Assembly (NCBI GenBank): GCA_965645245.1
Contig: OZ287085.1
Location: forward strand, 1,240,001 to 1,304,000
From: Massalongia carnosa
Lineage: Eukaryota
Length of the DNA stretch: 64,000 nucleotides
Reading direction: 5' to 3'
Within the stretch, counting starts at the first letter, position 1; each line of letters starts with the position of its first letter. Position numbers and translations under genes: made by a program. Below the pieces are notes generated by a model, which had not been told where the DNA came from, did not search any database, and was given only the letters and a program-made list of their open reading frames with translations. This document shows, piece by piece, positions 38,807-49,400 of the stretch.

Positions 38807-39571
38807 TAATCGTGCCACGCCTCACCCCCTAGCGGGGGTGCTGGCCACCCAAATGACGTACACCACCCATATGACGTTTTTAATTAAAAAGTTCTATTAC
38901 CTCCTCAAAGGTAGCCCCATCCTCATATTCTATGTCTAATAACTCTATCCAGGTGTTGATCCACTGATCAGCTTTCTTACCTATCAATTTGAAGCCTTTG
39001 GCGCACTGTTTATTCCACTTATTTCGTGCATTTGCATCGATCCTCTCTTGCCGCTCCTTCGCTCTATTATGCTTAGCCACTTTCTCTATCCTCCAGGCCT
39101 TAATTTTTCCTCTTGCGTCGCCCACAGTTATAACACCGCCCTTTTGAGCAAGCGATCCATCTAGTGCTTCTCTTTTTGAGCGTTGTTTGTGATGATTTTG
39201 AGTGGCTGCAATGTCTCGCTCCGCCAACGCTAGCGAATTCGCAGCTTCGAGCGACCCCTTTAAATATTGATCCATCTTTTTACGACGATCCTCGGGCAGA
39301 TAAAAGTCTTCTAGACCTCTTTGTAACTCCCTTCCGCGTCTAAACAACTGCTTAGGACAATGTGGAGTGCCTTGAAAGGATGGTGACGAGCCGAAAGGGT
39401 CCGGAGTTGGCTCCTTTGAAGGGGGTTGCCAGCCACTTATTTTATCTAGCACTATCTTGGGTGAGTAAGGAATTAGACCAGTATGTTCGAAGGCCGATAG
39501 AATATTTGATCTAGTAAAGGCCTTTGCTCGCATGTCTGTGAAAGCGGCAAAAAAGTCTTGTTTGTTGAAAT

Positions 39572-42500
39572 TATTGGAATTTGCCGAGATACCTGAATAT
39601 TTGCGACCGAGGTTCTTTTGCCTCCTGCTTACTAATTTCCAGAGTAGGCAATCATATGCTATATGCGAAAAGCTTCAGATATCGGCACGACTTCGGCAAC
39701 TACGAGGAGGCAAAAGTATGCAGCAAGAATGCTACATTTCGGAGGCAATTCAGCTGTTCATGATCACTGAATGTCTCGGTGTCTCCGGTCAGCAACGAGG
39801 TGTATTTTGCCCAGCTGAAAAGGTTCAAAGGAAGCAGGTTCATGCATTTGATATAGGCCGAGATGGAGGCCCTCAAGCAGTATAAAGAGACGGTGATTCC
39901 TCATGTAATTTAGCTATTCAGTCGTTCAGAATTCAGTTCAGCAGATAGCTGAATTTGGAGTATCTTCACTGGAAATACGGAGTACCTGCATCACGTTTGC
40001 CAAGCACTTCTCTTTGCCTATCCTTGAAAGCCCTAGACCCTCTTCTCCTGCATCCCGCTGCCGTATGCCTGGTTGATTTTTTGTTCAACAGGTTATGAGC
40101 CCGGATAGCACTCTATTCAAATCCAGGAGTATTTATCACTAGATCTTTTATCTTAGGGGATATAGCCCGTGTGCTTGTTTGAACTCCTAGCTATCCATTT
40201 CGGCACTCGAATAGGACGACTCCTTCACCACCAAAATGTCTGCCTCAGAAGACAGCCAAGATACCGGAGGTGCCATGAGGGCATCCACCACCCCCGAGGC
40301 TAGCAAGGCCTCCTCATCAAAGGACAAGGGCCTAGCGGCTATGACAGCCATTGATGGGGGATATAAAAGGGGTGCCGGTGTGAAAGGTGAAGTAAAACTG
40401 CCAAAACTTACTAGCGACAACTACAGGCTGTGGTCCCACCTTTTGAAGGTGCACTTAATTGCCAAAGGGCTCTGGAAAGTAGTCAGTGGAGAGATACTCG
40501 AACCACCAGGAAGCATGCCTTTGGATAGAGACTCGTGGATCTTTGATGATGCCACAGCAATCACCATCCTCATGGGAGCCATGGACGAAAGGCAGCAGAA
40601 GCATGTGCAACTGCAGCAATCTGCCAAAGGGGTATGGGATGCCCAGAAGGAAATTCACGGCAAAGACTCCAGAACACGCTTGGTCCCCATGCTCCGCCGA
40701 TTTCATACGTATAAGGCCAAGGCAGAGGAAGGAGTGGATGAGACTGCAGCAGAGCTAGAAGATATGAGGGATATCATCGCAAACATCAACCCAGAGGTGA
40801 AGCCATCCGATATCATGATGGCCCTAGTCCTAATGGATTCGGTGGATCACGAGCGGTATAATGCGGTGAAATTGCAATTAAACGACTTGGAAAACCTCAC
40901 GTTTCGGAAGGTGATTGAAAAATATAAGGAAATCGAGCAGATGGCCAGAGATAACGCGGGGACCCCTATGAAATCGCTAATAAGGTCTCCGCCAAGCCCT
41001 ATAAGTTTAAGGGGAAATGTTACCACTGCAAGAAACCTGGTCACGTGAAAACCAAGTGTTTTGAATGGCTTGCCAGTGACGAAGGCAAGGCCTACAATGA
41101 AGATACCGCCAGCACGGCCCAAGCAAAGGGCAAGAAAGCCAAGGACGGAGGTAAGGGAGAGGAAAAGTTAAGGGATGGCAGACGTGGCAAGGGCCGAGGA
41201 GGTCACCTTGCACGCAAAGCATCCGGCACAAGGGACAGCGACAGTGAGGATAGCGACGACGAGTCAGTGTACGGTCGCATGGCCATTGACCACGTGGACC
41301 AGAGCGACCATGAGGATTACACCGACTACGTCAACAATGGGGCGCGCTATCGCACTTCCTAGAAGTGCTCCTCCCCTAAGAGTTTTGCTAGAGTGGCAAA
41401 ACTCACTTACAAAGTAATACCCCCGAATGAGTGGATTATTGACTCAGGGGCCAGTCGCCATATGACGGCCAATCGGAAGCTATTCACAAACTTTACACTG
41501 CAGGTAAGTTGGGTGACGATAGCTAATGGGGTAAAGATTAAATCACCTGGTAAAGGTGATGTGGCTGTGGAGCTGGAGGATAAGAAGTTCAAACTCACAG
41601 AAGTGTTATACGTACCTGAGCTGGATGCGAATTTGTTGTCAATTTCGGCATTACAAGCTAGAGGAATGATTGTGAGATTTGGATTGAGTTGCGTCGAAAT
41701 TTTGAGGAGAGGTACCTGCCTCGCCACCGGGTTTTTGGTGGGAAAAACGTCCCTGCTCCGATCCGCAGGAAGCGGAGTGGCCCTGATAGCCACTGAGGAT
41801 TCCGAGGAAGAAATCCCTATTACTTCTGATCCAAATATCAGCGAAAGATCGTCCGGAAATCAGAATTTGCCAAGAATGCCAGAAAATGCAAAAGACAACA
41901 AAAAAGCAATTAGCACTCGGTCCCAATTAGAAAGAGACCGATACCTACTATGGCATGGACGCATGGGGCACGTGGGAGCATACAGACTCACTGTCCTCCA
42001 TGAAGCCACTAATGGAGTGGGAGCCAAGTTACATGACCATGAGAAGGAATGCAAATGCATCACATGTACTCAGACGAAAATGACTCGAATAATCAACCGA
42101 AACCCACCAGAACGGACTACCCGCTGTCTGGAACGAGTCTATTCAGACTTTTGGGGTCCATATCGGGTGCCCAATAACCAGGGGACCAAGTATTTTGTGT
42201 CCTTCACCGACGAAGCCACCGGCTACTCGGATGTTTACCTCGGGGCCAGGAGCGAGCTAGAAAAGCTCTTTCGGATGTTCAAAAATCGTGCCGAGATCGA
42301 GACAGGGGAGCGAATCAGGACCTTGCGATGTGATAACGCTTTGGAGTATGAAAAACTGGCTAGAACGATATTGCCGGAAGGAATAGTGGTGGAGTTTACC
42401 ACGGCCTATACCCCTGAGCAGAATGGGGTTGCAGAAAGACTCAATAGAACGCTGATGCAGATGGTATCAGCGATGCAGATGTGGTCTGGGTTGCCTAGGT

Positions 42501-45500
42501 CATTTTGGGGGGACGCAGTACTGACTGCCAATTATCTGAAGAATCGGCTTCCGTCGAAGCGGTTTGATATGAAGACCCCATATGAGATGTGGCACCAGAA
42601 GAAGCCAGAGGTAGGCCATATAAGGACCTATGGATGCCTCGTACACGTGCACGTTCCTAGCGAAACTCGTGCGAAGATGGATAAGGTATCCCATCAGGGA
42701 ATTCTCGTTGGATTCTGGTCATCAAGACAGTATAAGGTGCATAATCCTGATACGAAAACAGTGGGAGTACATACCTCAGTGAAGTTTTTCGAGGATTGGC
42801 CAGGAGGCCTTTACTGAACGCACCAGTGGAACCGGGTGAGTGGGAGTTAGATGTTGCAGATTCGGACTACGAACCGGATGAGGAACAAGGAGTTCCTACG
42901 CACAAACTTACCAACCCTGAGACAGCCTTAGAGTTTCAGGGAACATCAAACCTAGAAAATGACGACGCAATAGTTCTAGGCGATAATGTTCCCGGAGAAA
43001 GTATTGAGGGTGCAGAGAATCCCTCACTGAATGAAGGCGATATTCCCGGAAATCGCGAAACTCCGGGAAATCAAGAAGAAGGAAACGAGATCTCGGAAAC
43101 TGAAATCCGAGCGCCAGAATTCGAAGGTCTGCCGACTACTGGGCGAAATTCGCCAGAGCCAGCACAGAATTCAAAAAGGGGGCAGAAAGCCACGCTCCCA
43201 CCGAAAAATCAACAGCTTGTTTCCGCAGCATCTTCCCGGTCAAGACGCACGAAAAAGCCGTATGACTCCAAGGCATTTGATAAGTCAAAAGCACCAATGG
43301 CTATCGTTTATATAGCTCGATTGCCTGAACCGGCTACCTATAAGGAAGCCATGACTGGACCAAATCGCCGTGAATGGAGGGGGGCAACGGAAGAAGAGCT
43401 GGAAGCGCTGCGGTGGAAACGCACGTTTATCATCGTGCCGAGGCCGAAAAACCGTGAGCTAATAACTTCGAAATGGGTGTTCAAAATCAAATACACATCC
43501 GCCGCAGTTATTGAGCGGTTCAAGGCCAGACTCTGTGCTAGAGGTTTCAGTCAGAAATATGGCATTGATTACGAAGAGACATTTGCACCCACCTTAAGGT
43601 TCGAATCTCTGAGAATGTTAATGGCAATTACTGCGTTACTGAACCTGGAAGCACATCAAATGGACGTTTCAAATGCCTATTTAGAAGGTGAGTTGGAAGA
43701 AGAAATCTACATGGAAATACCAGAGGGAATGGATGTTCCGAACGGAAAAAATAAGGCCCTTCTACTGCAAAAAGGCCTTTATGGTCTCAAGCAATCCGGC
43801 CGAATCTGGAGCAGAAAGTTCAGAAGGTATCTGAGATCCATTGGATTCGAACCAATCTCAGCCGACAATTGTGTGTTCATAAACCTCCAAGCCGGCGTCA
43901 TTATCTCAGTATACGTCGATGATCTTCTCATCTTTGCCGCCAAAATATCCCGCATCAATGCAGTCAAGGCACAGCTAAAACGGGAGTATAAGATGAAGGA
44001 TTTGGGAGAGGTGGACCATATCCTGGGAATGCGAGTGCGGAGGAACCGAAAATCTAGAAATCTAACACTAGATCAGTCAGTATACATCAACAACTTCATT
44101 TCGAAATATGGGATGGAAAATGCACACCCAGTTTCAACTCCTATTGATGGATATGCAGCACTGACTGCCGCCACCCCCACGGAACTCAGGACCGACCAAC
44201 TGGAGTATCAGAAAAGGATAGGAAGTCTAATGTATGCCATGACAAGTACTAGACCTGACATAGCCTTTGCAATTGGCAAGTTAAGTCAATTCAGTCACGA
44301 TCCAGGTGTAAAGCATCGAGTTGCGCTGGATAGAGTAATTAGGTATTTGAAAGGCACTGCAAGCTTAGGCCTAGTCTATGGCCCTAGCCCGAAAGGCAAC
44401 ACCCCCATAGGGTACGCGGATGCGGCTTATGCCGATTCCTCGGAAAATCGAAAATCCACACATGGCATGACTTTGCTTCTTGCAAATTCAGCATGCATCT
44501 GGACCAGCAAGAAACAACGCACTGTTTCTACCTCAACCACTGAAGCCGAATACGTTTCGCAATGCCAGGCTTCAAAACAGCTCGTTTGGGCAGGTCGCTG
44601 GCTACAGCAACTTGGGATTAGAGAGAGAGGAGCCATCGAACTTCGGTGTGATAATCAAGGGGCCATTGCACTCGTCAGAAACCCCGAAAACCACTCACGT
44701 ACGAAGCACATCGATGTGCAATATCACTACATTCGCGAGGTAGTGGAGGATGGACTTATCCAAATCAGCTATGTTCCCACCAACGAGATGGCAGCTGATA
44801 TTCTAACAAAGCCTTTGACCAAGGCGGCTTTTGAACGCGGACGTGCTCTATTAGGTATGAAGGAAACCTAGAGAGTTAGCGATAGTTTATCGCAACCACA
44901 TCGGCCCACGAGGGCCCATGGCCTACCTGAGCATCGTGTTCAGATGGGCAGAACGCGGAGGATTTCTTTTAATTCGTTTTTGGGCATGCGAGGGTATGAA
45001 GCCATTCAGATACTCGGAGTGGGAGTATTGGAATTTGCCGAGATACCTGAATATTTGCGACCGAGGTTCTTTTGCCTCCTGCTTACTAATTTCCAGAGTA
45101 GGCAATCATATGCTATATGCGAAAAGCTTCAGATATCGGCACGACTTCGGCAACTACGAGGAGGCAAAAGTATGCAGCAAGAATGCTACATTTCGGAGGC
45201 AATTCAGCTGTTCATGATCACTGAATGTCTCGGTGTCTCCGGTCAGCAACGAGGTGTATTTTGCCCAGCTGAAAAGGTTCAAAGGAGGCAGGTTCATGCA
45301 TTTGATATAGGCCGAGATGGAGGCCCTCAAGCAGTATAAAGAGACGGTGATTCCTCATGTAATTTAGCTATTCAGTCGTTCAGAATTCAGTTCAGCAGAT
45401 AGCTGAATTTGGAGTATCTTCACTGGAAATACGGAGTACCTGCATCACGTTTGCCAAGCACTTCTCTTTGCCTATCCTTGAAAGCCCTAGACCCTCTTCT

Positions 45501-45544
45501 CCTGCATCCCGCTGCCGTATGCCTGGTTGATTTTTTGTTCAACA
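39572..45544 (+). mobile_element. Full-length Ty1/copia element (family 3); LTRs 39572-40090 and 45026-45544; TSD GAAAT
   Basis: 519-bp near-identical LTRs, PBS GGTTATGAGCCC at 40091 and PPT GGAGTGGGAG. gag-PR-INT-RT-RH spans 40236-44871 with frameshifts at ~40965 and ~42810 and an in-frame TAG at 41360-41362. Confidence 0.96.
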
Positions 45545-46442
45545 GAAATTATCGCTCCCGAGTCGAACAGCATCGTCAATTACATCGGAATGATAGTGCT
45601 TCATGGGCTGAAATATTCCCACATCCAATGGCTGAGTAACATGTGTAGAATGCGGGGGAAGACCGAACAAGACGATATTCTTGTGATTGCAGTACTCAAT
45701 AAATTCGTATGTAAGATGAGATCCATAATTTTCCATGATAAGGAGTCTCCAGCCACCTACCTGAGTCTTCCGACTATGTTTTTCAAAGTGCTGTATCCAC
45801 TCATAAGCCTTAACATCATCGGAATACCCAGAGGAAGTAGTAGCAAGCAGTATATCGTCGTCGAGGTCGTTTTCTTGCACCCATTTATTTAGAATATAAA
45901 CTCCGGGCACGATGAGCATCGGAGGGATCGTCGCTCCTCCACCACTAATACTTTCAACGTCACTGATCAGATCACGTACACCCGGATCAGTAACACGAAC
46001 AGGACCTTTGGCAAGCAATGTGATGACAGTATGACCCCTGCCAACGCCTATCCGAAAGCCTGACTCGTCCATGTTCCAAATATCTTCGGGTCCGATCCCC
46101 TTCTCGTGACAAATTTGACGAAATTCATGGAAGTAAGCCTTTGCAACATCGTTTGTAAGGGAAGTCTTCCTTTCGACTGCAAGAGGTGTCTGCTTCCTCC
46201 TATGAAATTGAGGGTGCTGAGCTAGAAATCGTGCTGGCCAGTGCTGTCCGACTCGGGGAGGATCGACAGGATTCGCCTGAGCAAGAAGGTAATTTGCTGC
46301 ACCCCGCAGATGCCTGATGCGCGCAGAAATCGATAGTTTATCCAGTCTTGTCAAATATATGACTATTGCACCTCTTTGATCGTCAGTTAGAGCATGACCA
46401 TGAGGCTCACGTTCAAAGAAGGAAGTATGGGTTCCAGCAATG

Positions 46443-49400
46443 TGTCAACCTTTCACATGAATTCAGGAAGGATGGAAAAAGGCTGTATTCTGTATGTGGG
46501 AAATGCCCACATCTAGCTACCTATATAGAAGGGAAAAGGGGTCATGGCAGCAACGATATCAACCCCGGCAAATTGAGGGGTAAAGGTGTGGAAGAAATGG
46601 CGTAGCTTAGCGGCATCTGCCGCGACAGGGGTCGAGGATCGGCGATGAGAATCGACCACATTCAGGTTTGACACACCCCCCCAGGATGCGAAGCATCCTG
46701 ACCAAAAGAAGAAAACATGAAGCAATTCCCATTCGAGAAAAAGGTGCAATTCTTGCAAAATCAAAATGAGATGCCAGTGAAAAGAAATTTCTGCCCGCCG
46801 AGAGGAATTCCGCCCGGTTCACTCCCGCCTGCCCCATTCCTAAATCAGACACTTGATATCAATAAGGCCTAGCATTTCCAGAAAGGAACGATGCTTTTGC
46901 GGAGGCAAGGGCTTGGTGAGACCATCTGCCGTCATCCGGTTGGTCTGTAGATAACCCACATTGAGATGACCAAATTGAACGCTCTGTCTCAACCACAACT
47001 GAGCGATGTCTACATGCAGAAGTTTGGTGGTAACTTTGGGCTGTTCCGACGTCAGAATGCGGATGGTCTGCATGTTATCATTGTAGATTTTGACCGAATG
47101 GTCGTAGTCGAATCCCAGCTTGCCAAAGAAATTAATCCACCAGATGCATGCCTTGCCGGCATGGAGAAGGGCAAGCAATTCTGCCTCTGTCGTCGAAGTT
47201 GAGACGGTCGCCTGCTTCCTGGCAGCCCAGTCGATCATGCCGCCATACAGCTTGAATGTGAAACCCTCGTAGCTGCGTCGCTCGGGACTATTTGCAAAGC
47301 TGGCATCGGCAGTGTTTTCGAAGACATGCTTTGCCGAGAGCTGATCATCATCCGGAGACTGCACGGTAAGCTCGCCACCTCCCGAGGGTGAGTATTTTAT
47401 CGCCAGATACTTAGTCGCGTGTAGATATTGCAGGCAGTGATTTGCCGCGTCTAGATGCTCCAGACCGGGACAGGTGAGATGCTCTGCCAATTTGGAGGCA
47501 GCTTTGGCAACGTCCGGCCGAGTGATATTCGCGGGATAGCAGATCGATCCTACCTTTTTACGATATTCCTGCCTCAGGGATTGGTCGACTGACCGAGGCG
47601 AGTCCGAGTCTGGGCTAGCTGCCGAGGCAGAGGTGAATGCGATGAAGTCTGACGGTAGCGGGGATGACGGAGATTTAGACGTGTCTATCTCGTATTCAAT
47701 TGCCAACTTGTCCATGTAGGAGTCTTGACAAAGATAAATGTCGCCAGCATTTCGAACAATCCGTACACCGAGAAAGAAGCTCAATTGGCCCATGTCGCGT
47801 AATTCAAATCGAGCATTCAACTTCTGAATCAGCAGATCTACGTCTGCAGCTCTACTTTCCGGAAAGATGATGACTATGTCATCCACATAGAAAAAGAGGA
47901 TGATGCCAGAGTAGTCGGTAAAAAGGCAGGGCTCGCCAGGGATCTGCTGCATGTCCAATGAGGTGAGTGCTTTGGAAAATTCTCGTAGCCATAGTAGAGG
48001 CGATTTTCGAAGCCCGTACAAAGCCCGGACCAGGAGCAAGCATTTCCCCTCGATGACGAAACCATCTGGCATATACACGTGGATGACCCTATCGGCTTTG
48101 GCATTTAGGAAGGCATTGATCGCGTCAAACTGCCTTGTCCTGAGTCCGAAAGCAGACGTCAGGGCCATGAGGCACCTGAAGATCTTAATTGCCAGCGTAG
48201 AGGCGTATACATCTTCTGCCGAGACTTCTTCCAAATCCCCTCGGACTACCAGGCGTGCCTTGTATTTTACTAGAAAGCCATCCGGGTCGAACTTGTATGT
48301 AAAGACCCACATTAGTGGAAGCGGCTTCTGATTGGAAGTTTTGGGAATGACGACGAAGGTGTCCATTCTGAGAAGAGTCTGATATTCAAATTCGGCTGCT
48401 TTGCGAAATCCTTCTGCATGGGGATGTCGAAGCATACCTCGCCACTGCTTCGGCGGCGGCGGCAGGCTGTCCCTATGCAAACTGGTCGACCTAGTGGTCA
48501 CTGCAAATGCCAAATAAACTTCCTTCATCCCGTCATCCAATCTCGAGTTTGTATTCCCTAGTGGTTCCGAAGCGATGCCGAGTGGTCTGATGCCGAGAGG
48601 TGCTGCAAGATTTGCGAATTTCTGCTTCGGTTTTCTGACTCGTTTTCCTTCGACGATATTGCTGACATCCAATTTGGCAGATCCGATATTCCTACTGGGA
48701 CCGGTGCCAAAAGATTCGGCAATGCCGAGAGGCGTCCGGCCGGTTTCTGGCAGATCAGTCGGTAGATCTATGCTACTCGGAAGACTGTCTTTTACCACCC
48801 GTTTGTCGCGAGATGTTGACGAAGAAGATGTAGGTGCAGGTGCTGAAGTCGATGGAGGCGGAGTGCTCTCGGGAGTCGGAAGATGCTGCTGACTCGGTGA
48901 ATGTCTCGGCATGATAGGGACGTCTTTCGCAGTCAACGACGCGGGCACATCCAGTGCGGACGAATTTTCAACCGACGAAGAAGGATCAGCAAATGACCGA
49001 TTGCGCACAGATGTCGCCAGCCATTGCTCCTCATTTTCTGCCAAATCAACAATGTAGGGAGCAGCATCGAAAACTTCCAGCTCTACAAACTCGGCCACCT
49101 TCTCTTCGGGAATCAGATCCCTTTTGACGTATGTGGAGAAGGTTTGATCCTCATCAAAGATAACATCTCTATATCCGCTGACCGACCAGGTCTCGGGATT
49201 CCAGACTCGATAAATGTTTGTAGAATCGTATCCGACCAGATAGCCAACAAATGCTCGAGGGGCTAGTTTCTCACTTTTTGGCGGGGCATCTTTACCTTTC
49301 AGAAGGGGATATGCCTTGCACCCAAAGACCTTGAGATGACCAATTTCGGAATTGTATGGCTTCTTCAGGGCTCGGTGCAGGGAGATGTGAGGCGATTTCC

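Noticed and set aside
41360..41362. Readthrough TAG between gag and protease of copia family 3
   Set aside because: The same copy has two other frameshifts and the related family 1 is open through this linker, so decay is the simpler explanation. Other copies would be needed to revisit it.
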